Of a stretch of 64,000 nt of DNA, positions 49,881 to 63,864 are shown in pieces. Positions within the stretch are counted from its first letter, which is position 1; each line of letters begins with the position of its first letter. Under the pieces are notes generated by a model. That model was not told the origin of the DNA. It saw only the letters and a list, made by a program, of their open reading frames with translations, and did not search any database. Origin of the DNA: Camelus dromedarius (taxonomy: Eukaryota); contig NC_087437.1 of assembly GCF_036321535.1 (NCBI RefSeq), positions 105,712,001 to 105,776,000 of the forward strand, in the 5' to 3' direction. The position numbers and the translations under genes are program-made.

Positions 49881-52597
49881 AGTTGCATTCCATCTGAAAA
49901 GGGCCATTCCTGAAAATTTAGTGGACAATAAGACAGTTTTCCCATGTTTAGTTTACCTTGTCTAATTTTTAGTGTGTATTTCTTATTGTGATGTTCAGAA
50001 ATTATGTTCATTATATATGTAGTCTCATTTTCCATTTCTAATAGTTCTGTATGTTTTCCTAGCAGGGAAGCATTGGTTTTTTGGGGGTTTTTTTTCGGTT
50101 TTTTGGTTTTTTTCTTCAAAGTGGAGTGAGTGGTTGCTGACCCCTTTAATAATGAGTAAACAGTGCCATCTTCTGTCTGTGTGCTCATCAGCAGTTGATA
50201 TAAAGCCTTGAAAGACTAGGTTAATGTAGATTAGTGACAGGAAGCAAGGAATGTGGAGAATTTACAATCGTGGCAATATGTACTACGTCTTTGAACACTT
50301 TCAAAGAGGCTAATTGGAAAGTCCTCCTAGGGCTGATTCACGTTAAAACCAGTTCTGTGTGATTAATTGTCTGAAACTTTGAATATCCATTCAAACAATG
50401 GCAAGAGGTTGTAATGATTTAAGGTTAACAAAGTCAATGAAATAAAATAAGCAATTCTCTTATTTATTTTACCATTTGTTTACAGATTCCCCTTTAGAGA
50501 AACATGCCTTGACCATGACAAGTGTCTTTTGTCTAAAAAGGAAAAAAAAAAAAAAGAAAGAAATGAAATACTGTGTTAAATCCTTCAGATTAAATATCAG
50601 AAATATTTTTCTCTCTGCATGTGAAGCATAGCAATCAAAGCTGAGGCATGTGGAACAATTTATATAAATGTGAAAATCTTATAGGGTTGAATATTCAGTC
50701 AAGAAAACATTTTTTTTTGCAAATTTATGTTATTTTGGAAAATACATATTTAACTTCAACATACTTTCTAATCATCCCACAAAAGAAAAAGAAAAAAGAA
50801 AAAACACAGTTAATAAGTTCTTATCAAGACTTAACATAAGTTCATTTAAATATTGCCTCTCACAATGCTTACCTTTTAAGTATCTAGACAAGGCTTAAGC
50901 ATTGTAAGTAGTAGTCACCTTCAGAAACATTTATGATGCTAATCATATGAACTGCCCACATCACAACTGTTCTTCTGAGGAATTTGAAGAGATGGTGGGA
51001 CCCCTAAGGAGATGTCGCTAATACTGTTGAAGTCCTCTTAGTCAGGGAGCTCCAGATAGTGGCAGGTCAACAGCATGAATGAAAGGCAGCTTGAATCCAT
51101 GTCTCCGAGAAGTGTGGCTTTTGTGAGAATGCTGCTCCCTACAACCATTTTCCATATTTCAGAGACAAAGCAGGGACAGCTGCCATGTGTGGATAAAACA
51201 CAATGTGTAATTGGAAAGTTTTCTGCATTGCACCAGGGAAAAGAACTGCTTGATTTTTGGCAAATAATTACTACCCATTTCTTTGTGTTCATCTGTTTTT
51301 GTCAACCTTTTACTAAAAGGATATGAAGTGAGTTTTCTTATGATATATTAGGCTAATTTTCTCTCTAGCAAAATTTGCTCCGAAGAATCTCCAAATCCCC
51401 CAAACACATTTCAATTCATTTTTATTTGTATTTTTTTGTGATGTTTGGAGAGTCTTCAGTCCAGGATAGAGATGGTTGGACTTGGGCTTTTGTGGAATTA
51501 ATGAAACAACTTAATAACAAGTCTCCAAGAAGGCTGAGTATCTGAAGGTTGAAAGATATGGGAAAAACCCTTCCATCCATCTCTGAGTGTTCTGTGAGAG
51601 GATCCTTAACCTATTACTAGTGTCCTTTAATATCCCATTCTATTTCATGTTAGCCAGAGTTATCATGCTTTGATTTTATAATATTAAACATATTTTAGAA
51701 AATCACGAATTCTATATTGATTTCTCAGTCGACACAAGGAACTTACCTGCCTGGCATCTCTGTTTCTAGAGATTTACAGATGCCAATATTGCATTATTTC
51801 AGTTTGCAGGTCAGTCATTATGTAATACCATGGGCATGATGTGTTGGCATCTGAAGGGATTACACTGACCTGAAATTGCATATACATATTCATTTCCCAT
51901 TTTGCAAAACTATAATTCTCTTTACAATTATTTTTCTTTTAGATGAAGTCATTCTCTAAGTACACATCATGCAAAGCATTATGGGAATCTTAACTTCATT
52001 GCCTCTCTCTGGTTGAGGTGAGCACACATCTGCTGCGGAAGAATAAAGGCAAGGACTGCATTGCTGCCAGTGGTCCAGATCTCCTCCCCCAGAGCCCAGG
52101 AGAAGGAAATGCTGCCATTTGATCATCACTCCCAGGCTGTGATGCTGAGAGATGGAAGAAACCAAGGGGACATGTGACAACATGATTGATTAATTACACC
52201 AACTTCAGCGTAAGCCACTGAGAGAAACATTAGGCTCTCAAACACACAGCAACCTTTCTACACATAAGTCAAGTTTTCTCTCTCATGAGCTCGTCTCATT
52301 CATGACATTGGTCTGTTCCAGCCACTGCTCAGGGCTTTCTCCAAATGGCAGCTCATTTATCCCTATGGCATTCCCTCTGCCTACTGTTTATTCTGTTTAC
52401 ATTTATTTTTCTCATTTAATCACCTTAAGGCGAGGACCCCGCTTCCAGAGAAACCAGGGGTGGTGTTGGCACAGTTCCAGCCTTTGCTGATGTTATAGCT
52501 TTATTACTTTCATTTCCCTTCTCTTCTTAACTCCACTTTCTTCTGTGGTCAAAAGAATGAGAATGAAAATTTTCCATAATTCTGTTTGTATTTTCTA

Positions 52598-52631
52598 CTC
52601 TCTCTCTCTCTCTCTCTCTCTCAATCTCTCT
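52598..52631 (+). repeat. (CT)n microsatellite
   Basis: Directly visible. Confidence 0.9.
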
Positions 52632-53807
52632 GTTTTTCTTTTCTCCCACCCCCTTGCTCCATCGCTTTCTCCTCATTACATCAGTAGCTGATATACCTTT
52701 TCCTGAGTTTTCTAATTAACTAACCTCATTTCATTTCTAAGCAACCTCGCTGACCTTCCCTCTTCCTACAAAATACATTCAACCCCCAAACACATATAGT
52801 CTATTTAAATGTTGGCTCTATCAGCTCTAGGGTTATGGACTTTTTAAACTTCTAAAATAGTCCTTCTCATTGAAATCTGAGAAAAGTGCAAGATAATCAT
52901 ATAAACACAAAGGAAGTATCACTAACATCTAATGAGAAACAGATGAATAGACAAATGTGTCAAAAAAGATGTGACATGGTGAATCATAAGAGTATGAAAT
53001 CCACAATTAAATAGTTATAATTTTCTGTACATAGTTTTGAAACCTTCTTACATATCTTTACATTGTTCTTAATTATCTCACTTTGACTATGTATTTAAGG
53101 ACAAAGTTCTCTTACCTTTGAGCTGTCTTAAACTCTCTATCTCAGGGCAGTGACTCGTCTCAATCTATTCACAGTTTTCTGAGTGAGATGATGCCAGTTC
53201 TATTTACTGATTGCTTGCATACGCTAAAAGCTCTATTAGATAATAATATATACATGTAATCCTTTCAACAGCCTGTGAAGTATTAAGAAATTTCTTTATG
53301 AATAAACGAAGAGATAACTCCAATTTATAAAAGTCTAAGCAGAGAGGTCAAGCTACTTCCCCACTTTCTTGAGAAGAGAACGTGGCATGTTTGAGATTCA
53401 AGGCCATGTATATTAGCCTGACTTGCTTCATGTTCTTTATGTACCTTAATTTAATTTGAGGAAAACATGTTATCTTTTTCAATAACCATTTTCTTTAAAC
53501 TCTTGCCTTTTTTTCAAAAACTAATCTAAAGGCACTTGCAGTCTTTCTACAGAAATCAGTAGTTTATATTTTCCGTTAATCCCTGCATTGACTAGGGTTT
53601 TAAAAATAATGAATTCAGAATTTATTTGGATCACATAGTCCTGATACAAATGCTGGCAGAAGAAATCGAGTGGCTCACAGAAAACATAATAATAGCCAGG
53701 TTTAACATTCACCTGTCTTTTTCCTGATTTATCATAAAATCCAATTAACTTGCTGTCTATAAATTGAATTATTATCTCATGTGTTTTTATAGCTAAGTTA
53801 TTTATGT

Positions 53808-54180
53808 ATGGATTAATTTGGTAAGGCTGCCATGACATAATACCACATTCTATGTGACTTAAATAACACAAATTTATTTTCTCCCAGTTCTGGAGGCTGA
53901 AAGTCCAAAATAAAGGTGCTGGCAGTTCTGGTTTCTCCTGAGGAAACTTCTTGGCTTTCAGATGGCTGCCTTCCTGCTGCATCTCTCTCCACACATGCCC
54001 CTAGTGTCTCTTTGTGTGTCTGAATCTCCTCTTTTTCTAAAGGCAACAGTCAGATTGGATTTGGGTCCATTCATGTGATCTCATGTAATACCAATTACCT
54101 GTTTTAAGATTCCACTTCAAATACAGTCACATCTGGAGGTAGTGGAATATGAATTGTGTAGGCACACAATTCGGCTCCTA
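53808..54180 (-). mobile_element. MLT1A/B-like LTR
   Basis: ggctgccatgacataataccac...cagttctggaggctgaaagtcc...aatacagtcacat...cacaattc. Confidence 0.88.
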
Positions 54181-54805
54181 TCTACTGATATAATTGGATA
54201 ATTATACCATAGAATGTTGAATTTCTATTTGTATAAAAAGAGATGTCACTGGAGTACTTGAAACAGTTCAAAGAAGGAGATAAATTTGATTTGTATCTTA
54301 AAAAGTTTGTCAAGTTTGGAGTAGACAACAGAAGATGAGTTATCTTCTCGTGTCAGGGAATATTTCAAGCACATGGTAACACAAATGGAATATGAGAGAC
54401 ATTGTTACTACGGCAATGAACAAAAGTGTGCAGAAGCCAGAAAGCTGGTATTAGGGATGGCAGGAAAGAGTCACTGGCAATTACATATGCATCAAATGAT
54501 AAACTTAATATGTTTGGTGTCTTAGTCAAGGAGAAATGACCATTGGATTTAGCAAAAAATGTTAGCGGAATTTGGTATATGGGAAAAATATGCCCAAATG
54601 ATAAAGAAAATATTTGTAAGAACTGAGAATAACCACTTCAAAAGAAAATAATGAAAGTGAAGAAAGTTGAACAATAGCAATGGCAGCAAAACCCAAAATC
54701 TATTAAGAAGGCATTACCATTAGCTCCTTAGAATACTTAAGAATTTGATGTTCAGTGAGGTGTAGGGAAGGGTGGCAGAGACAGCCTTCTAGTACAGAGT
54801 GCCAG

Positions 54806-55686
54806 ACTTCACACCTGTTAGAATGGCTGTTATCACAAAGGCAGGAAATAACACGGGTTGGCCAGGAGGGGAGAAAAAGGGACCTTCATTAATTGGTGGG
54901 AATGTAAATTGACTCAGCCACTATGGAAAACAAAATGAAGATTCCTCAAAAAATTAAAAATAGAAATAGCATATGATCCAAAAATCCTACTTCTGGGTAT
55001 TTATCCAAAGAAAATAAAAACACTAATTCAAAAGGATATATGCACCCTCGTGTTCACTGCAACATTAATTACAATAGCCAAGACATGGAAACAAAGAGTC
55101 CATCAACGGATAAAAAGATAAAGAATATATAGTACATTTATATAAAATGGAATACAATTCTGCCATAAAAAATGAAATCTCGCCATTTTTGACAACATGG
55201 ATAGACCTTGAGGGTATTATGCTAAGTGAGATAAGTCAATCAGAGAAAGACAAATATCATATGATTTCACCTATACATGGACTCTAAAAAAACAAAACAA
55301 ACAAAACTCGTAGGTCCAAAGAAAAGTTTGGTGGTTACCAGAGGGGAGGGGAGTGGGGGAGGTGGGCAAAATGGGTGTAGGGGGTCAGGAGGTACAGGCT
55401 TCCAGTTATAAAATAAATAAATATGTCATGGGGATGTAATGTACAGCATGGTGACTATAGTCAATAACGTTATTGTGCATATTTGAAAGTTGCTAAGAGA
55501 GTACATCTTAAAAGTTTTCATCATAAGAAAAAATATTTGTAACTTTTTATGGTGACAGATGATAACTAGATTTATAGTGGTGATCACTTAACAGTGTATA
55601 CAAATATTGATCATTATGTTGCACACCTGAAACTAATATATATTATATGTCAATTACACCTCAATTAAAACAAAAAGAAAAAGAAA
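54806..55686 (+). mobile_element. L1MA-type 3' portion with A-rich tail
   Basis: cacacctgttagaatggct...catggatagaccttgagggtattatgctaagtga...cacctgaaactaatata...caattaaaac. Confidence 0.92.
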
Positions 55687-58600
55687 GGTACAATTTTTAA
55701 AAAGAGTTTCAGATATTTGTGATATAAAGCCTTTAGGTGGATGTGGGCAGGACACCAGAAATACCTCTATGGTCCTGAATTAGATCATTGACCTTCCACT
55801 CTCCTGCTCCCTGTATTTCTCTCCAACTCCAGCTCTTTTCTTTTGAGCTTATTTCTGTATTTAGGGAAAGGAAGCTCATTCATTCAGGGGTCCATCTCTA
55901 AGATATCATTGCTCTAATTTAAAGATTCCCAGCCAGTGGGAGATCCATGCTTGGTGGTGGGAGTGGGGAGAGCCTCCAATCATATAAGAAAATCCTCACA
56001 TATATTTTCACACCAATCATCATTGTAGAATAAATAATTCACCTCAAGATTAAAAAAAAAGAAGAAGTTGATATTAAAAAGCAGAGTCAAGGCTCTTTCA
56101 GGGCTATGATGTTTCTTTAGATAAAATTTTCAAAAATTCGTGAAAGGTTCACAAGTCCAGAAAGAAGATGGCACTACTTCAACAGTCTTAAAATTAATAT
56201 TTAAATGTATGTGTACAATTTAAATAGACTACAAAGGAGAACTGGTTTTATATTTGGAATATTGTTAAGAATTCTTTAAATAGCAAAATTTTTCAGGGAG
56301 TTTTTAGCTTTAAAATGTGAGATTAAAAACATTGCCTGATTTTTAAAAATCTGACAGTTCCCCTATAAAGATGTTTTTAGAAAAGATTTAGTGTCATAGT
56401 ACAGACATGATGGACAGGGAGGATATTTTGCTATTTGGGGAAAAGAATGTGGGGTATGCTACTTCATATTTGGGGGTTTCTTTAAATTCAAGAGAAAATG
56501 TGGCAAATACAGAAGTTTTCCCCACTAACTGAGAAAGAAAATCACATTTTTTTTTTTTTTTTTTTTACAATTTTAAGTGGAACAAATCCCATCTGGGTGA
56601 CAGGAATATATCTGATATTAGCAAAGAGCAATTAGAATAGTGAAAGCACTTCACAAATAGGGATACAGAAAGATGGACACTTCCTTGCAAGATTCAAAGG
56701 AGTGTGAGTTACAGAAATGAGAACTGAAAAATTGTCAGTTTCACAGGGATTTGAGCAGTTTTTTATGACTCTGAGAAAGTGTATTAAAGTTTTATGTTAT
56801 AGAATTCAGGAAGCAGTTTGTTAACTCAGAGGCTCAATTGGCTATAGCTGCAGCCTTAGAAAATTTTCCCTATGGCAGTGGCAGATAAAAGAGATGCCGG
56901 CGGCCAGAAACTATGTTATAGCACAGTGAAGAGTTTATGAGCATCTAAATAGAGAATCTGGACGGAGCCAGTGGAGTGGAAGAGATGGATATGCTTGCCC
57001 TGATAAAGAAGTGTGAGAGTTACGAACGACACTCCACAATGTGGGCCAGGGAAGTGCTGGAGACAACTTTGCAATTTCTAACAGAGATGGCTAAGCACGT
57101 AATGAGGCTGTTAATTTAGGAAAGTAGGAAAGAAACAAATAAAGGGCAAGTCCGATTGCAGGACTGAGGAGAAGAGAGAGAGAGAACGTAACAAGAGTAA
57201 GAATTTGCACATCCTAGCTCAAATCCAGATGAGGCCTGTGCTCAGCACTTTCTACATCTTTTTTTTTATTTTCTGATCTTGTTGACATGGCTTATTCAAT
57301 AACTCTCATCTCTATACCCAGTCTCTTGCTTCTCATTTCCAGGGAGTGAAATGTAAGGACAAAAATACACTTTTAGGTGAGGAACTGACTGTCAAATTAA
57401 ATAAACGAATTTGGCTTTTGTTTTCCCTGGTGAAAAATATAAATGGAATCGTTTTGAGTATTTATTCATGATTTTGCCTTTTTCCTGCAATACTGACAGT
57501 AAGAAAGGAAAAAATACGAGGAAAATTGAAAGGACCCAGGGTATTAGTATCCTGTGGAAATAAAAATAAAACTTGGATGTTTTTCCCTACCCACCAGAAG
57601 GTTTTTATGTCGCAGGTGGATGATGGCCTGAGTGGCTTTACTATTTAATGTCATTTTAGAAGAAAAAAGGGATGAGTGACTTTAAACTGGGGTAGTCACA
57701 TAAGAGGAGCTACTTAAAAAGAGAGATTTGATTATGTAAAATGAATTTTTAAAAAAGTGTTCTTCCTCCTAACAAGCTTTTTGTGCAAGTATGTCCCACT
57801 TTCTTTGGGGACTGCCTGAAATCAAACAGTGGTTTCTTGGGAACAATGAGGATTTTATTTCTCAACCAGGATCCCCTTTAAGGCTGCCTTGAGCTTTGCC
57901 TGAGGCTGTTAGGCAGAGACCTTCAGCAGAGAAGACCTGCAAAGCAAGCATGAAGTGCCCCAGTGGAATCTGCAGAAATGATTAACTTATTTAAAATATC
58001 CCTGAAAAGGAAATTTCCAGAATCTTAGAAGAGAAAAACTATCTAGCTGAAAGTAGCCTTTAATTAACTGCAAATCTCCATGATATCCTTGCTCTGAAGC
58101 AGAGTCGAAAGGGGTCATTGGAGCAGCAGGGATATTTGGCTGAACATAGCAGCCTCCTCAGAGGATGAGTTTGCCCTCCTGGCGGGGTCCTTTGTGTGGG
58201 GCCGAGGAGTCATTTTTAAAATTCCCATGGGGATGTTTTTCTCACTCACTGAGAAGAGACATTATTAGAGCCACAGAAACTGATTTTATACTGTTTATGT
58301 GGAGTCAACTCTGTTCAACAATATCCATTTGATACCCTGTGAATTGTGACTTGATGAAGCTTCTGGGGTCTTCACTTTACATGTGCAGCAATATTTTGAG
58401 CAGAGAAAAGAGAGAAAATTGGACCAGTCATCTTGCCCCATTAGGTAGTATTCAGTAGCCCCTAAAGCTGATTAACTCCCTGTCAAACTCTACTGGGAGA
58501 AAGGACTAAACTTGCCTGCATCAAAAAGGAAACACACAGAATCTGACAGATGGGATAAACAAGTTGAGTGAGACGGTAGAAAATGATTGCATTTTTCTCT

Positions 58601-59499
58601 ACTAAAAACAATACTGGTGAATTGGCTGGTCTTGGTATGAAAACGATCATTTTTCTTCCATCTTTATTCCAGTCAGTAACCACCCTATCAACCAAAAGGC
58701 CCAGAGTTTTTGTTACAAACTTTGGTGACACCTTGACCTTCAGCTCCTCCTACTGAGATGCACAACAGTTTTTGTTTAAAAAAAATTGACTTTCTCATGA
58801 TGAAAGAAAAGTGGGAAAAAAATTGCTTTTCTCACCTGAAGGAATATCAGCATAACTGTCAAGGCTTTTGTCTTATATGTGAAACTTACCACTCCATTCT
58901 GGTCAATCAGGTGTAAAAGGCTGAAAATTGTATGGCCAAGTCCTTTTAATTTATGAAAAGAATAACATTCCTTTCTTTTTGAAATGACACTTTTCCCTAT
59001 GAACTAAATTTAAAATAGTATCCTTTTTTAAATTTCTACATTTATTATTCTTGCTTTTTCCTTGATTTAAAAAACTCCTATATATTGTTAAACAGTATAA
59101 TATGCATATCTTTAGTAATTAAAGGACTTTGAAATACTGACATCAGAGTAGAAGTAACTTCTGCACATATGAGAGGTGTCAACAACTGTAAAGCTTGAAA
59201 CAGAATATAGCTCAAGATTTTATACTGAACATTGTATTTATTGAGGTTTAGACTTTCTAAAGTAACTTGTAATGGATTAGACTTTAGTTATTAGGTATGA
59301 AAAATAGAAAAAGTCTCTGCTTACCGTTGAACTTTAAGACTAGAGAATAAAATTGTGAAATAAATGGCTTTGAGTTATAATAAATGACTGACTCCAGATT
59401 TCCAATTCAACTAAACAAGGAACTTTATCTTAAATCCTGTTAAAATATTGAGTTGGCACTTACTCCATGAAGTTCTAGTTGTGTGTTCCCACTTCAAAC

Positions 59500-60480
59500 A
59501 AACAAACACACAAAAGTCTTTTTTAACCCTTGATCCCCCTCCCCCACCCAGCTAGCATCCTATTTCTGTAATGAATCGGGGTTCTTGGCAGAGTTTTTTT
59601 GTGTCTCTTCTTCCTGATTTTGCATTCACTCCTCAAATCATGTGAAATTGATTTCTAGTTATTCCACATCATCAAAATTGCTGCTGATGAAATTCCAATG
59701 TTTTCCATGATGTTCATTCCAATGGGGCCATTCCAGTCCTCATCCTTCTTGATCTTCAGCAGCATTTGACGAAGTTAATCCTCCTTAGGGGAAAAAAAAC
59801 TCTTTCATTTTTAATTCTATAAGAAAATACCTTCTGGTTTTGCTCCTACCATTCAAAGTTTTTAACAGCCCCTATAGGAATTTGCATGTTGCTTCTATCA
59901 CATCTCCGGATTCACTCTGCATCCAATATTATTCTTGCTCACTATGGTTCAGTCAAACTTGCTTCTTTCTTTTCTGGAATTCACTAAGCTCTTTCCCAAC
60001 TTAGGTTATTCATAGATATATATACTAGCCTCAAAGGCACTTCACGGCACTTTCCATGTGACTAGTTCTTTATCATCTTTGAAGTTCAACTTGAATGACA
60101 GGAAAGGAAGATCTTTCCTTAATTCCAATCCAAAATTAAGTTCCATCCAATTATTACATCTACTCATAGATCTTCTTGTTATCACAGAGAAATAGAGTTT
60201 TATTCATTCCTGAATCCCTAGCACCTATCCTATTACACAGTATACTCAGGAAATATTTATTGCACAAATTAATTACAGATGGTCTCTACTTCCAAGGAGT
60301 TTTGAATCCAATAATGGATGTAGACAATAAAATACAGAATTAAAATTGATCATACTAGATGCTTTGTCAGGAAATATATAAGATTCTTTCTGACTCACAC
60401 TTAGAATAAAATCCAAAGTGAAGTCTAGAAAATGAATATGAATCAGTTAAGCAAGAAGGGGTAAGTAGAAATAGTGTTTC
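59500..60480. mobile_element. Decayed L2 fragments (sense then antisense)
   Basis: ccagtcctcatccttcttgatcttcagcagcatttgac; ctgaatccctagcacct...tactcaggaaatattt. Confidence 0.55.
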
Positions 60481-61341
60481 AGGTAGATGCAAATAAATGT
60501 ACAAATGGTGAATAAGGGAGCATGTAAATAACATGATCAAGCCTTGGGAGCATCACTGTTCTATGCGTAATAAAGGCTGTCACCAAAGACCGTTTATCTT
60601 TAACATTATCAGTTGTGCGGCACCATCAAGTCTTGTTTCTGTGGAGAAACACTCAGAATAGAGTAAGCAACAACCAAATATGCTTACACCTGCCCTTTTA
60701 TGTCTGTGACTAAGAGAAAAATACTATAGATTTTTTCTTATAGAGTGCTTAAACATGATTTACTCACACAGTGATCAAATTATAAACACATGATGCTTCA
60801 AAACTCATTTGGAAGTCAGTTTGGATATACCCACATAAACTGCCAATAATCATATTTGACTTTGCCTAAGTACGTTTTAAATAATTTGATAAATTATTAT
60901 GAATATCATATATTCAATGCAAACTGTATTAGACACAGGGTTTGGTGTAATACATTAATTATCCTATTTATGCGAACCACAAAACAGAGTGGTAGTTAAT
61001 ACCATCATTCCTACTTTAAGGGGCATAAGAAAGAACTTGATTAATGTGTTTAAAAACACAGAAATTATAAAAATCAGAGCCAAGATTTAGACTTGCAGTT
61101 GTCTCATTCTAAGTCTCCTAATCTCAACCACTATCTCATGGTGACCGCCATGACTCCTTTGCATACATGTATCCCAAAATCTCAATATCTGACACCAAAA
61201 ATACATCAACCACTGCCCTGCAAGCAAGAGTAAGGTGTCCAGTGGTTTTGGTCATGAATTCTGGGCAGGAAGAAAGAAAGAAGGAAAAGTTAGATTCTTT
61301 GGAAATCCAGTAAACTTTGATTACCTCTATCTACTTAAAAT

Positions 61342-61525
61342 AATTATTCTCAAGTAAATTATTCTCAGAGCCTAGGGCAAGTAGCATTAGCATCACCTAA
61401 ACCCTTGTTCAAAATGTAAATTCTCAGGCTTCATCTCAGACATACAGAATCAGAAACTCTAAGAGTGCTTCAGCCAGCCCTCCGGGGGATTTAGAGGCAG
61501 ACAACCATTTGAGAATGACATCTTT
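61342..61525. mobile_element. MER5A-like hAT-Charlie MITE
   Basis: agcattagcatcacct...ttgttcaaaatgtaaattctcagg...cagaatcagaaactct...tttgagaa. Confidence 0.75.
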
Positions 61526-61939
61526 AGATCACTGATCTCTCAGGTCTACTAAATCGTTAAGCACAGGGCCATGACCTTCACAAGTGGGCACAGTGAGAGA
61601 TTAGTAGAAATAATATTCCCTTAGACCCTCCCTTTTCATGTTTACAGGGTATCAGGAAACTAAGTATTTACAAATTGTACAGGAAGCATCATTAAAGCAG
61701 ATGGTTTTTATTCATAGTTCCAAATGTCCACTATTCCCACTAGCAATCCACACTGCCAGAACTATGACTCCACTTACAGACACATGAGCATTTAGGGTGA
61801 GGAGGTTGGGGAGGGACAAGTGTAGGGCAGTAGAAATATGAAGCATGACTGCAGTGCCTCCAGGAAATTAGAAAGAGACGGTGAGGGCAGGGAAAGCCAG
61901 AACAGACAATAAGCACAAAAAAACCTGAAATTAACACTA

Positions 61940-62120
61940 AAATTCCTGAGTTCTAACCTCAGCACAACTATTTATCTGTGTCATTAGGAGCAATTCATTG
62001 AACTAAAGGCCTGTATGTGTAAACTGTAAAAAATACTTATATCTATCTATCTTGAAGTATTATTGTGAGAATCCAATGAGGTAATGACTACAATATAAAA
62101 CTATATAAAGTTCTATGTCC
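61940..62120 (+). mobile_element. MIR
   Basis: cctgagttctaacctcagc...ctgtaaaa...attgtgagaatccaatgaggtaatg. Confidence 0.6.
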
Positions 62121-62259
62121 ATCACATTGATTTAACATAAAATATCATTACCCATATTCTACACTTATTATTGGCAACAAAAATTGCTTCCGAGTAATCC
62201 TGTCACTTTAATTAACAATAGAGTTGTTTGGATTATTTACTTCTTATGGATTTAACAGA

Positions 62260-62780
62260 AATTTTTTCTGCTGTAAGTGGCACAAGCCCAACTCAAATCA
62301 GCTCATACATGGTGATGTTATTGGTGCAGATTATTAAGAGGTTCAGGAAGGATCCTTGTTTCAGGTGCGAGATGAGCTGGCTCTCATCCTGTTGCTCAGT
62401 TCAAGTTGTCTCTGCTTCTGTTTTTATGTTTTCATACATCTCTGCTTCAGATAAGCTCTTCTCACAACCAGGAAAGATGACATCCCCAAATCCTCTAATT
62501 CTACCCTCCCACCTAGTGATCTAAAATGAAGATAGATAGCATTTTCCACAATTCCCAGTGGAAAAATGCAGAGGGAGATTTTCACTGGCCTGGCTAAGCT
62601 GTTATGCCCATTTGTTAAGCAATCGTTCACTCGTGGAGATGCAGAGTTATACTGGATGAGCCTGGATCTCTTTCCAATCCTGTTGCAGGGGAGAACAAGA
62701 TCAAGATCTGGAGATTGACATCCCAACAGGCCCACAAGTGAGAAGTATCCCAAAGATCCAGACAAAAAGGAATGAAGAAT
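62260..62780 (-). mobile_element. MLT1 (J/I-like) LTR
   Basis: ctgtaagtggcacaagcccaactcaaa...ttcactggcctggctaagctgttatgccca. Confidence 0.55.
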
Positions 62781-63277
62781 TCAGTCTCTGCCGTTGACTA
62801 TGCTTTAGTTGGAATTGCTGAAAATAACCAAATGCCAAAGTATGAAACTAACATTAATAGAATCGGAAACGGGATATGGGAAATTTAAATTGAGTAGAGC
62901 AAATGTTGGTTGATTTTGGCAGTCAGGCACTTCTATTTTTGCTATGAAGCACTGGACATCCAGAAGCACAAGGAAGAAAGAAATTGAAAAGCGGTTCTGA
63001 AAGATAACAAGAAAGAGGTAAATGCTGCCTGTATAAAGTACCGTCTCCAAATTTGGCAACAAGTGATATGTGCTTATGGCTTTCCTGAAATGGTTTGATG
63101 GTTTATAAGCTACAAAATCCAGCTTTTCTTAATTCCATCTAATGTTTCCAACCCCACAGTCCTACCTCTCCAGGACAACGCTAGCATATTCCTCAGCATA
63201 TTCGAATCCTACATTGAGAAGATAAAAAAGCAGTGAAGGAAAATAAAGATCTGTATGTGAGATGACCCCAAATCTTA

Positions 63278-63864
63278 CATTCTGCTGGATTGAAAGAATC
63301 GATACTGTTAAAAAGGTCACACTGCCCAAGGCAATCTACAGATTTAATGCAATCCCTATCAAATTACCCAGGACATATTTCACAGAACTAGAACAAATAA
63401 TAATAAAATGTATATGGAACCACAAAAGACCTAGAATTGCCAAAACATTACTGAAGAAAAAGAAAGAGGCTGGAGGAATAACTCTTCCAGACTTCAGACA
63501 ATACTATAGAGCTACAATAATCAAGAAAGCATGGTACTGGTACAAAAACAGACATATGGACCAACAGAACAGAATAGAGAGCCCAGAAATGAACCCACAA
63601 ACTTTTGGTCAACTAATCTTCGGCAAAGGAGGCAAGAATACACAATGGAATAAAGACAGTCTCTTCAGCAAATGGTGTTGGGAAAACTGGACAGCAGCAT
63701 GTAAAGCAATAAAGCTAGAACACTCCCTTACACCATACGCAAAAATAAACTCAAAATGGGTCAAAGACTTAAACATAAGACAAGATACAATAAACCTCCT
63801 AGAAGAAAACTTAGGCAAAACATTATCTCACATACATCTCAAAAATGTTCTCTTAGAGCAGTCT
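63278..63864 (+). mobile_element. Young L1 ORF2 internal fragment (post-RT region), frame intact
   Basis: ORF 63262-63873: [16 protein letters not shown]...[15 protein letters not shown]...[10 protein letters not shown]...[18 protein letters not shown]. Confidence 0.95.

Noticed and set aside
53521..54046. 157-aa and 77-aa ORFs
   Set aside because: They start within an MLT1 LTR and run into AT-rich sequence; no recognisable domain.
58170..58190. CTCF-like motif ccgccaggagggca (minus)
   Set aside because: An extra base in the core breaks the consensus spacing.
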